A stretch of DNA of 64,000 bases, from contig CAIMIV010000070.1 in assembly GCA_903841185.1 (NCBI GenBank), positions 2,984 to 66,983 on the forward strand, in the 5' to 3' direction. Made by a program: the position numbers and the translations under genes. Source of the DNA: an uncultured bacterium. GTDB lineage: Bacteria; Patescibacteriota; Minisyncoccia; Moranbacterales; UBA2206. Positions 41,191 to 50,343 of the stretch are shown here, in pieces. The notes under the pieces are model-generated. The model did no database searches, was not told where the DNA came from, and worked only from the letters and a program-made list of their open reading frames with translations. Within the stretch, counting starts at the first letter, position 1; each line of letters begins with the position of its first letter.

Positions 41191-41219
41191 TTGCTATTCT
41201 CCTTTTCTCTAAAAGATTG

Positions 41220-41255
41220 GGTTTGGTTGCCGGGCGTTTGCCCGGCAACCAAACC
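41220..41255. other. Perfect 16-bp-stem hairpin between pncA and the vWA gene
   Basis: ggtttggttgccgggc-gttt-gcccggcaaccaaacc. Confidence 0.8.
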
Positions 41256-41266
41256 GCACATATTCC

Positions 41267-42094
41267 TTAGTTGAGAAAGGCTTCAGTGGTGGTCAACACC
41301 ATTCCCCGAGCCTCCATATCCTTAAGCCACTGTTGCGCCATGGCCGGAAAATCCGGACCATTCGGCACAGCCGGCACAGGACTGACCGCATCGGTCAGAA
41401 TGTAGAACTTTTTGATGTGGTCCTCGCCGATATTGTCTGCAATTTGCTGGACAGTAGATCTCACACAATGAGAAAGCGCCTCACCGGCAATCGCCACAAT
41501 ATCCGCCCGCATCAGGATTTCTAGAAATTGGGTATTGAGACCGGTGGTTGGATCTTGCGGATCCGGCACCTCAGCCATCAACGCCCCATAATGTTCCGTA
41601 AAGGCATTTGTGCCTTTGGTGACATAATCCACGTTAGCAAAGGCCTGTCGTTCCCAGCGTTGCAGCGCTTTTACCAGGTCATCTTGCACGTTGTGACCGG
41701 GCGTGCCAATCAGGCAGTGCTCCGGCCAAACCATGAGCGGATAATTGCCCTGCTGTTCCAACGCCTGGGCATAGGCGAGCAAGCGCGGGCGAAACACGGG
41801 ATTCCTCGGAGTCCAGATACCCGCTTGGATATCTTGGACAGTGACGATGGTAAACGGCGCCGGTTGGTCGCCATTTTGGTCTCGCCACATACCGGGGTGC
41901 GCCACATCAATCACTCGATGAGAATCGAGCGTGACATGGATATCCTCCAGCTTTCCTCCAATGCGATCAATCATCGCGGCCACGTGCCGCATGTCCTCAT
42001 TGGCGCCCGGTACCGGCAAAGCAGCGGTGGCATCGTCCATAAAATCCTTCTGCGGATCGATGATAACGAGATGAACGGAAATTTTTCTAGCCAT
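41267..42094 (-). CDS. pncA: Nicotinamidase/isochorismatase-family cysteine hydrolase (PncA-like)
   Basis: IIDPQKDF, TLDSH..H, WPEHC, TKG, GEALSHCV; AGGAGG RBS before MARK. Confidence 0.8.
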   Translation of the reverse strand: MARKISVHLVIIDPQKDFMDDATAALPVPGANEDMRHVAAMIDRIGGKLEDIHVTLDSHRVIDVAHPGMWRDQNGDQPAPFTIVTVQDIQAGIWTPRNPVFRPRLLAYAQALEQQGNYPLMVWPEHCLIGTPGHNVQDDLVKALQRWERQAFANVDYVTKGTNAFTEHYGALMAEVPDPQDPTTGLNTQFLEILMRADIVAIAGEALSHCVRSTVQQIADNIGEDHIKKFYILTDAVSPVPAVPNGPDFPAMAQQWLKDMEARGMVLTTTEAFLN

Positions 42095-42374
42095 AATACA
42101 TCCTCCTTTTGCATTAATTGTAAAAGAACCTTGTCTTGGGATAATTTTCAAACTACTCCAAGACGACAAAAGCCCCGCTCTTCTTGAGCAGGGCTTTTTA
42201 TCGAGGTCCTTTATTTCCTTCGCCATTGTGAAACACGACTAACTCAATGCGCAGGAGAAAGGATCTCGAGAAAAGCCTTCCTCGAAAAGATAGTTATCGT
42301 GTTTCATTATATTTGATACTAAAGAACTTGCTGTGCATAGAGCTGAATTTTTTAGGTCTTCTTCCATCTCTATA

Positions 42375-42408
42375 TTGTGTATTATATACACTATATATTT
42401 ATTGTCAA
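42375..42408 (-). promoter_or_regulatory. Sigma70 promoter overlapped by an NrtR operator
   Basis: TTGACA (42408-42403)-N16-TATAAT (42386-42381); operator TTGTGT-ATTATAT-ACACTA at 42375-42393. Confidence 0.85.
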
Positions 42409-42529
42409 GCACTCCCTGTGGATAACTCCAAAAAACCCCGCTACTAAGGCTCTGTAACAAAATAAATTTCCACTAAAAAAAGCGCATACCGGGTGGGTAA
42501 TGTGCTTTTTTATATTCTATTAGACTGCT

Positions 42530-43219
42530 TTATAAAATCTGTGCCAGCATGAGCGAGCGTTGGGTGAAGCGGTACAATTGCGCCGGACGCGACACGCCCC
42601 CTCGGCGCAGACCTTTCGCGGTTTGCACGATGCCCAAAGCTAATATTTTTTTTCTAAAATTCCGTTTATCCAGTGCGCGTTCCAAAATAATTTCGTACAC
42701 GGCTTGCAACTCGCTTAGGGTGAATTCCGCCGGCAACAAGCCATAGGCGATGTTAGTATATTCTATCTTGGCTTGCAGTCTGGCAAAACCGTATTGAATG
42801 ATTTCCTTGTGATCAAAGGCCATTCTGGGCAAATGATCCAGCGCCCGCCATTGGATGTCGGTGTAATAATCCATAGTCTTGAGCGCGAATTGATCGCTAT
42901 CCACCAGTGCGAAATAGGCTACGGAAACCATCCGGCCACGCACATCCCGAGCAACGCCACTAAAAGTATACAGCTGTTCCATATACACGCCTTTGAGGCC
43001 GGCTTTTTTCTCCAAAATATTGCGCGCCGCCTCGTCCAAGGTTTCGTTGATCGGCACAATTCCTCCGGGCAGCGCCCACTTCCCCTGATAGGGACCACTA
43101 CCGATTTTGATCAGCAACACATTCAATTTGCCTTCACGGATGGTGAAAATCAGCGTGTCGACCGCCAAAGCGGGACCGATAATGAGTTGCGCGCTGTCCG
43201 GGTTGTTTTTAATTTTCAT
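42530..43219 (-). CDS. nrtR: Nudix-related transcriptional repressor NrtR
   Basis: N-terminal Nudix fold (WALPGG, EQLYTF...RD.R.R, AFDH) with degenerate Nudix box; C-terminal wHTH FTLSELQ..YE...DKRNFRKK..RPAQLY. Confidence 0.9.
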   Translation of the reverse strand: MKIKNNPDSAQLIIGPALAVDTLIFTIREGKLNVLLIKIGSGPYQGKWALPGGIVPINETLDEAARNILEKKAGLKGVYMEQLYTFSGVARDVRGRMVSVAYFALVDSDQFALKTMDYYTDIQWRALDHLPRMAFDHKEIIQYGFARLQAKIEYTNIAYGLLPAEFTLSELQAVYEIILERALDKRNFRKKILALGIVQTAKGLRRGGVSRPAQLYRFTQRSLMLAQIL

Positions 43220-43229
43220 AATATATTGT

Positions 43230-43248
43230 TAGTGTATGTATGACACCA
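43230..43248. promoter_or_regulatory. NrtR autoregulatory operator
   Basis: TAGTGT-ATGTATG-ACACCA, 10 bp upstream of the nrtR start. Confidence 0.75.
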
Positions 43249-43374
43249 CAATAGCACGCTTTTTCTGTTTTGTAAAGCGAGTGCTCTCTAATAATGGTTA
43301 TAGAAAAAACTCTCTCGCAAACCATATTGCAAGAGAGTTATCATCAGGAGTCCCTATCTTTTGTTTTGGCAACA

Positions 43375-43533
43375 TTATGCCCTCACAAAATATTTTTTAT
43401 GGATACCTGCAATTGCCATGGCAATTCGTGTTTCTTGACGCTTCCATTTGCGATCCAGGGCTAATTCATTTCGTACCAGATAACGCAAATCTTTGGCCCG
43501 TTGGGAAAAATCGACTATTAACTTACTGCCCAT
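43375..43533 (-). CDS. Small protein, 52 aa (paralog of 33075-33224)
   Basis: AGGAGG RBS; MGSKLIVDFSQRAKDLRYLVRNELALDRKWKRQETRIAMAIAGIHKKYFVRA. Confidence 0.78.
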   Translation of the reverse strand: MGSKLIVDFSQRAKDLRYLVRNELALDRKWKRQETRIAMAIAGIHKKYFVRA

Positions 43534-43917
43534 AATAGCAACCTCCTTTTTTGTCTGCCAGTATTAGAAAAGAACCGCTCCGCCCGTCCTGCGCGACGCT
43601 ATTGTTGCCGCGTTGCTCTCGAGATACTAAGCTCCTTGTGCTACGTGTTTTTTCGACAATTATTTTTTCTCCGCTCCTTATATTTGCATCTTAGCATAAA
43701 ATTCCTTTTTTAGTCGAGAGTTCTTCTCACGGTGCCAAACTCCGCCTTTTACCCTCACAAAAAAATAGTTCTGCCACAGTAAAAAGAGGCTCCTCCGTGT
43801 CTCTTTTTCCAGAATAACGTTCCTGCTATTTTAAAAATCTTTCTCCAAAGCTCTTGTCTAAGCGGAAGAATATCAGCCCTTCTTTGTATAAGTACATATA
43901 ACCCACTAACGCTATTT

Positions 43918-44898
43918 ATGAAAAAAATTATATTTGCCTTAATCACCCTTCTTGTCCTAGGCGGGGCAGTGACTTTTCTTGTTAAAACTAACTTAAAAAC
44001 GACACCCTCTCCGGAAAATTCCACGCCGTCATCAGGCACGGCTGCTCCGGGACCGGGCGACTCGCTGGCCGGTTCCGCTACTCCAAATAATGCTCCACTG
44101 ACCTTTGCCGTTATTGGCGACACCAAGGCTTTCAAAGCCGGGAATCCCAACGGCAACCTGGAAAAAGCCGTCGCCTCTTTGAGCCGACAATCTTTTGCTT
44201 TCGCTTTTGTCATGGGCGATCTCGTCTCCAGCTGCAACGGTGGAAGTTCTTGCGAAAAAAAATATGCCGCTTGGAAAAGCGTAATGGCACCCATTCTAGA
44301 TAAAACCTATGAGGTGCCAGGCAATCATGACCGTACCAGCGGAGATTCGGCTGACGCCGTGTGGCAAAAAGAATTCAATTTGCCGACTAATGGGCCGGTT
44401 GATTTTCAAGAGCTCACGTATTCCTTTGATTCCGGCAATGCCCATTTTGTTGTTCTCGACAGTGAAAAACCCAAGGAACATCTTGTTAATGACGTACAAA
44501 GAAATTGGCTAGAGCAAGATCTGACGGCAAATACGAAATCCCAAACCTTTATCTTTTTGCACGAACCCGCTTTTCAAATGAGTCAGGATAAAAATGATGT
44601 CTTGGATGTCAAGCCTTCTGAGCGTGATCAATTCTGGGATATCCTCAAAAAACATAATGTAACCGCGGTTTTTAATGGCCACCTGCATATGACGGCCCGA
44701 AAAAAACAAGACGGTATCGAACAATTTGTCATCGGAGACACTGATAGCACTGCCGATGATATTCCGCAAAAAGACCTGACCGACTTCGGTCTTTCCGGGC
44801 ACTACTATGCATTGGTATCCGTAGAGGGAAACAACATTGACGTGAAAATATATTCGCTGACAGGAGACCTGATCAGTGACTATTCCTTTTCTAAATAA
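43918..44898 (+). CDS. Exported calcineurin-like metallophosphoesterase
   Basis: Signal/TM; IGD, GDLV, GNHD, LHEP, GHLH. Confidence 0.9.
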   Translation: MKKIIFALITLLVLGGAVTFLVKTNLKTTPSPENSTPSSGTAAPGPGDSLAGSATPNNAPLTFAVIGDTKAFKAGNPNGNLEKAVASLSRQSFAFAFVMGDLVSSCNGGSSCEKKYAAWKSVMAPILDKTYEVPGNHDRTSGDSADAVWQKEFNLPTNGPVDFQELTYSFDSGNAHFVVLDSEKPKEHLVNDVQRNWLEQDLTANTKSQTFIFLHEPAFQMSQDKNDVLDVKPSERDQFWDILKKHNVTAVFNGHLHMTARKKQDGIEQFVIGDTDSTADDIPQKDLTDFGLSGHYYALVSVEGNNIDVKIYSLTGDLISDYSFSK

Positions 44899-44954
44899 AA
44901 AATCTCTATCATATAAAGCTATCTTTTTTTATAAATATTTGACTTCCCCACACT

Positions 44955-46658
44955 TTAAATGGCTAATTCACTTCGCATAAAATCCATCAACTCCGCAACG
45001 TATTCTTTTGAAAAATCAAACGCAATGCCCGCCGTGGCATACACCTCAGCAACCGGCTTAGTATAGCCCAGTGCCAAAAAATTTTTATATTCTTCCATAG
45101 ACTTTTGGGGATTCTGCCGATAGTTGCGATAAACAGCAATAGCGCCCAACTGCGCCAGCACATATTCGATATAATAGAACGGCACTTCAAAGATATGCAA
45201 TTGCAACATCCAACGCATGGCTTTCTCTTTCTCCAAACCCGTCCAACTCCCGCCCACGTGAAACCGATCGAGCAGTCCGGCGAAATGCTTCCCCCGTTCC
45301 TCCGCACTATGTTCCGGATGCAAATATAGCCAATGTTGAAAAGCATCCACCACTACGCCCCACGGAAGAACATTCAGCTTATCCCGCAATTCTTTTTTTC
45401 GGATGTTTTCCAGATCAGCTGGAGCATAAAAGTTGTCCCAATGGTCCATTGAAAGCAGCTCCATGCTCATCGAAGCCAGCTCGGCCACTTCGCTGGGAGT
45501 GCTTGTATATTGCATAATCGGATGCTGTTTCGACAATCTGTTGTGCATGGCGTGACCGGTTTCATGCACAAATACTTCCACGTCCTGCCTGACACCTACG
45601 GCATGCATAAAAATAAAGGAAGAACCCGCTTCATAGAGCGGATAGCAATAGCCACCCGGCGCTTTTCCTTTGCGATTCTCCGCATCAATAAATTCATGGG
45701 TTCGCATTTTTTCCAGTTCAATACCAAACAAAGGATCCACTTGTGCAATTGTTTGCGCACCTTTGGCGATCAAATCTTCGTGCGTCGCAAAGGGTTTAAT
45801 CAGTTGACCGTCAATATCCACTTTGAAATCCCACGGTTTCAACACGTCCAATCCCAATTTGCTCTTGCGCTCCGCATTGAATTCTTCGATCAAGGGAACA
45901 ATCATCTCCTCCACCACCGTGTGCAGTCGCACCAAGTCCTCTGGCGTATAGGAAAATCGTCCATTGGCCTGATGCGCATAATCTCGATAATTTTCAAACC
46001 CGGCATTTTTGGCTATCTGCACTCGCAGACTTTTCAGTTCATCAAACAAGCTATCCAGAACGACCTGATCTTGCGCATAGCGTCCGAACATCAAGCGCCA
46101 AGCCGCTTCTCGCAACTCGCGGTTTTGATCTTCCAGATAGTGAGCCAGTTGTTGCACTGTTTTTTCCTCTCCCTGAAATAACACCGTCATCTTGGAAACT
46201 ATTTTTCCATACTGAGTAGTCAATTCCTGTTCTTTCACAAACAATGGGATATTTTCCTCCCGGAATAATTCAATTTCACTAGCAATAATCCTGTTCAAAT
46301 GCGCATACTCCGGAGCAAGTTGGGTGCGCCAAGGACTAGCATAAAATTTCTTTTTTAATTTAAAAGCATAGGAGGACCTCTTTGCTTCTATGGTTTCCAC
46401 AAACTGATTGAAGGCCTGCTCGTGCTCCACATTATCGGCAAAGCGCGTCATGTTGATATATAGCCACGCCCCCTTATCCCTAATTATCTTATCCAACTCA
46501 CTCACCGTCTGCCAAAATTCCAGCAGTTCCTCTGCCGAGCCGATAGGATAGGCCAGCAGTTTTTCCAACTCCTCTTGCAGTTTTTCCCAGGTCGTAATGG
46601 CAAAATCCTGGGGAAAATATTTCCGCGCCAGTTGTTGCACTGTCTTATCACTTGTCAT
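44955..46658 (-). CDS. M3 family oligoendopeptidase
   Basis: GKAPGGY, HETGHAMH, EVAELAS, HIFEVPFYYIEY. Confidence 0.92.
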   Translation of the reverse strand: MTSDKTVQQLARKYFPQDFAITTWEKLQEELEKLLAYPIGSAEELLEFWQTVSELDKIIRDKGAWLYINMTRFADNVEHEQAFNQFVETIEAKRSSYAFKLKKKFYASPWRTQLAPEYAHLNRIIASEIELFREENIPLFVKEQELTTQYGKIVSKMTVLFQGEEKTVQQLAHYLEDQNRELREAAWRLMFGRYAQDQVVLDSLFDELKSLRVQIAKNAGFENYRDYAHQANGRFSYTPEDLVRLHTVVEEMIVPLIEEFNAERKSKLGLDVLKPWDFKVDIDGQLIKPFATHEDLIAKGAQTIAQVDPLFGIELEKMRTHEFIDAENRKGKAPGGYCYPLYEAGSSFIFMHAVGVRQDVEVFVHETGHAMHNRLSKQHPIMQYTSTPSEVAELASMSMELLSMDHWDNFYAPADLENIRKKELRDKLNVLPWGVVVDAFQHWLYLHPEHSAEERGKHFAGLLDRFHVGGSWTGLEKEKAMRWMLQLHIFEVPFYYIEYVLAQLGAIAVYRNYRQNPQKSMEEYKNFLALGYTKPVAEVYATAGIAFDFSKEYVAELMDFMRSELAI

Positions 46659-46853
46659 ATATTCAGCTTAGTTATTTACCGTTCTCATTATACCAGATTT
46701 CTCTGCGCTTGCCTCTCCCCATGATATTGCAGGCCTGGTACCTGGGGAAAACAACACTAGAGGCTATCCGCTCAAAAAGAAAAACCGCCCGAAGGAAGTT
46801 TTTCCTTACAGACGGTCTGCGGCAGATTTTCTGCGCCGATGGGCTAAGGCTGT

Positions 46854-47216
46854 TTATTTTGATCCCAAAAAAAGGATTGACAACTCTTTGGGCAGATATT
46901 GGGTAAATATCTGCCTTTCATCAAATGCGAGAACTGTCCTCACATATATTTTATGGGGAATCCCTCTTTCCCCATACACAATGACTTGGGCTAGAATTTT
47001 TTCCTCCTGATCAAAAAATTCGGCGCACTGCTCTTTGGCGTTAAAGCGGACTGCAATGCTGCGCATTGAGCCAGATAAAGCCTCCGCGACCAAGTCTAAC
47101 TCTGACTTAAAGAAAGCAACAAAGGTTCTGGCGCCTCCTCCTTCCCAAGGTTGCACCACTTTTTCCTGCACTGGTGCTTTGCGTAAACCAAAAAATCCCA
47201 GGATAATTTTCAGCAT
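46854..47216 (-). CDS. Hypothetical protein
   Basis: GGAGGG RBS, 120 aa. Confidence 0.55.
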   Translation of the reverse strand: MLKIILGFFGLRKAPVQEKVVQPWEGGGARTFVAFFKSELDLVAEALSGSMRSIAVRFNAKEQCAEFFDQEEKILAQVIVYGERGIPHKIYVRTVLAFDERQIFTQYLPKELSILFLGSK

Positions 47217-47345
47217 ATTCCCCTCCGTTTTTTTAAACCTATTTTTTGAATTCTTTTCTAAAAACCATTTGTAAAGGGACTTCCGATAATCTTAGCAAAC
47301 TAAAAGCCTATCGTCAATCCCAGCCCCTAATGCGCAGAACTGGGC

Positions 47346-48230
47346 CTAACTAATCACTAACATAATTGTGCCGCCCAAGATAATGACACTCGCAACCACT
47401 TTCCTGAAGATACCATCTTCCGCAAAAAATTTGCCCCCCGTAAACACATGAAACAACGAAGACATTTTGTAGATAGCGATCACCATGCCGATGCTGGCAG
47501 CCACTTGGATGGCACTGGCATACATATAGCGATGCGCCACGGTCAAAAGCGAGATGAAAAAAATTATTTTCCAGGATTGTTTCACGTCCTTTTTCATCTC
47601 TCCGGTGATTTGTCGTTTATACAGCCTGTAGGCAAAGAACGTTGCATAACTGACCGCGATAAAAAATTGGATAAAAACCAGATAGGCCAGCGGATTGACC
47701 TGGTAGCGAAAAAGAATAATCCGGTCGAATATCGCCGAGATGCCGCCAATCAATAGATATAAGAGAATATAATACACATATTTACTTCTTCCCTCCCGAA
47801 AGATGCCGCAATTCAATTTGAAATTTTTTAACTCCAAAAAGATCATCCCCCCCACTATCAACAGGACGCCTAGCAGTTGGATGCCGGTCATTTTTTCACC
47901 CAAGGCAATATAGGCAAAAATAGTCACCACCAGTGGCATCAATGCGAGAATAGGCGCTGTTTCACTAAGTTGATTATGTTTTATGGTTTTGAAGACAAGT
48001 AGTGACGCCCCGGCGGAAGGGAGGGAGGCCAGAAATATAATCCCTATGACAAAAGGGTTTATTTGCGCAAAATCCGCCATAAAAACTAGTGGAATTGAGA
48101 TAAGAGCATTGCTAAAAGCGAACAAGGCCGCAAACTCAAGTGACCGCGCTTGAAAAAGCGTCTTCTTTTCCAAAACAGTTTCAATCACGATAAACAAGAC
48201 AGCAGTTATTGTCAGAAAAAACCATGTCAT
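47346..48230 (-). CDS. EamA/DMT transporter
   Basis: About 10 TMs, two repeats, LGEK motif. Confidence 0.85.
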   Translation of the reverse strand: MTWFFLTITAVLFIVIETVLEKKTLFQARSLEFAALFAFSNALISIPLVFMADFAQINPFVIGIIFLASLPSAGASLLVFKTIKHNQLSETAPILALMPLVVTIFAYIALGEKMTGIQLLGVLLIVGGMIFLELKNFKLNCGIFREGRSKYVYYILLYLLIGGISAIFDRIILFRYQVNPLAYLVFIQFFIAVSYATFFAYRLYKRQITGEMKKDVKQSWKIIFFISLLTVAHRYMYASAIQVAASIGMVIAIYKMSSLFHVFTGGKFFAEDGIFRKVVASVIILGGTIMLVIS

Positions 48231-48397
48231 AAATTAGCTATTTTTTAATATTAATTAATCTTATATCCATCATACCAGATTCTGGCCAAAAATTCGAGTT
48301 TTGTTTCTACGTAGAAACAAAAGGGGTGAGACAGAATTTCTGCCCCACCCTTACTCAGTAATAATTGCTCCGACCTTTTCGGCTTATGTGCCTGTTA

Positions 48398-48703
48398 CTA
48401 GTGACACGCCACGATTGCTGCTTTTCCTCCGGGAAACCTCCTATAATAGTAAATGAGAAAGATCACATATCCCAAGAAAACCCCATTCATCGTCATCATA
48501 AAAGCCAGCGACCAATTTTCTTTCAAAACAGCTTGGGTTATGATCAGAGACTGCAGCAAGAAAGAACCCCATACGGTTCCAAGGGATAAATTATCCGATT
48601 TCTTTGTTTGGAAAAGCAATCTAATTTGGGGAATAAAAACAGCTCCACTCACAAATCCAGAAAGCACCACCAGAACATCCACCACCATTCTAAATAAATC
48701 CAT
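48398..48703 (-). CDS. PQ-loop/SemiSWEET-like transporter
   Basis: FIPQIRLLFQTKKSDNLS, 3 TMs. Confidence 0.8.
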   Translation of the reverse strand: MDLFRMVVDVLVVLSGFVSGAVFIPQIRLLFQTKKSDNLSLGTVWGSFLLQSLIITQAVLKENWSLAFMMTMNGVFLGYVIFLIYYYRRFPGGKAAIVACH

Positions 48704-48733
48704 ATCTCCACCCCGTACTAAATTTTATTTTGT

Positions 48734-49297
48734 TTAGATATGCCCCAGTTTGTGATATTTCCAAATTCGGAAAAATTCTCCCGGCACCAACAGCAAGCGA
48801 GCAATGGTCAATTTTATTGGAAAAAGGTTGAAAACGGAAACGGTCTTGATAGAAAAATTCAATTTCAGATCTTCTGTGGCTTTTTTGAACGTCAGATATC
48901 TGCGCAACATTCCCTCCAATGAACCAATGAGATAGATGTGTTTTACACAGACATTCATTACCTGCATAGCCTTGAAAGAATTCATGGCATTCTCGCGGGT
49001 ATGCATTGATAAACTTTCATAGAAAATATCTTCTGCCGGAATGCCCCGCATCTTCATTCTTTCAATTTGCGCTTGCACTGGAATTATGGTGAGAAATCTT
49101 TCCAAAATCTTTTTCAACCCATAGGCCTTTTGCGCCTTCGGATTTCTCGTCGCCCCGGAAACAAGGATGACTGGAACCCTCTTATCAGCCATCAACTCTT
49201 TGTAGATTTCCACCGCCTTGTCATAAATATTCGTTGAATATCCCTCATCCGGGACAATGATAATGCTGTCGTATTTTTTCACACTATCCCTCCTCAT
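48734..49297 (-). CDS. DUF218/YdcF-like protein
   Basis: LVSGA, GIPAEDI..ES.S..TRENA. Confidence 0.75.
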   Translation of the reverse strand: MRRDSVKKYDSIIIVPDEGYSTNIYDKAVEIYKELMADKRVPVILVSGATRNPKAQKAYGLKKILERFLTIIPVQAQIERMKMRGIPAEDIFYESLSMHTRENAMNSFKAMQVMNVCVKHIYLIGSLEGMLRRYLTFKKATEDLKLNFSIKTVSVFNLFPIKLTIARLLLVPGEFFRIWKYHKLGHI

Positions 49298-49514
49298 AAG
49301 TTAATGTTTTTGTAAAATAGCCTGTGTCTCTGTTGTAAAAGGACTTTCCATAACCTTAGCAAACTGGACTTGCCTAGTCAATAAAGCATAACTTAGTAGG
49401 TCTTTTCCATTTATGCGATATAAATATTTCCTTGGCACAAAAAAATAACCGCCCGCAGGGAAATCCCTAGGGGCGGCAGCACTGCAAGTCGACGTGGAGC
49501 AGATTTTTCTGCTG

Positions 49515-49811
49515 TCAGTCTTCGATAAACTCAGTCACCGTAATCTGTTCCCCATCCATTCTTTCGATCCTGGTCACGTCCAGGGAATGAGATTTGTGAT
49601 CCCGGTCTTCGTATTGATAATGGTATGTTCCGGGAGTACCGCTGAACGCAGGCGTAATCAAGGCCAGACCGTTGCAGCTATCGTACTCCGACACTGTTAT
49701 GTCATCACGGCAAATGGCGATAGCGGCTGTTACGACTTCATCCGATTCAGACCCATTCTTCTCTCTCAAAAACAATACCAGCGGTTCATTCGGCAATATA
49801 TGCTTTTTCAT
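49515..49811 (-). CDS. Hypothetical protein
   Basis: AGGAGG RBS; ATGA overlap with the upstream ORF. Confidence 0.6.
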   Translation of the reverse strand: MKKHILPNEPLVLFLREKNGSESDEVVTAAIAICRDDITVSEYDSCNGLALITPAFSGTPGTYHYQYEDRDHKSHSLDVTRIERMDGEQITVTEFIED

Positions 49812-50164
49812 TTTTCCTCCTGTTTTTCTTTGTAATGCCGTTGATGGATATTGGCGATAATACTGGAAACCCTCACCAACTCTTCCTGAGTATAACGGGT
49901 CGTGTTCGCGCTTACAAACTCAAGGAAAGCCAGCGCCAGATTCGAAGGACTGGCAACAATGCCAATGCCCGTGAGTGTCTGAACTACCACACCATCACTG
50001 AAAAGATTTTTTACATGCATAATGGTAAGGATGGATTCAACCTCATCACCTACCACTCCTTCACTTTTTGTCATACTGCTAATAATCTGTGGATTCATCG
50101 CAAAGTCCTCTCTCATTAATTTAAACTGCCTTTCATTTCTTTTTTCGACTCTATATTCATCCAA
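49808..50164 (-). CDS. Hypothetical protein (start uncertain)
   Basis: ORF translationally coupled to 49515-49811. Confidence 0.5.
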   Translation of the reverse strand: MDEYRVEKRNERQFKLMREDFAMNPQIISSMTKSEGVVGDEVESILTIMHVKNLFSDGVVVQTLTGIGIVASPSNLALAFLEFVSANTTRYTQEELVRVSSIIANIHQRHYKEKQEEK

Positions 50165-50343
50165 TTGTAAATGTGCTGCTTTTTGCCAGCCAAAACATTG
50201 ACCAACTGGAAATCTTAGCCTTTATACGGACTTTTGTCAAGACTGGCGGATTCTCAACAACATCATATCGTCTTTTAGAAACAAAATAAAAAGCGGGTAT
50301 TGGCTATTTTAGCCTCACCGCTTTAGAAATAACTTACTTCACC

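Noticed and set aside
33263-42094. Calling the NAD genes a phage NARP1/NARP2 pathway
   Set aside because: The enzyme set is the deamidating PncA-PncB-NadD-NadE route, with no Adps/Namat or Nampt pair, and the context is chromosomal
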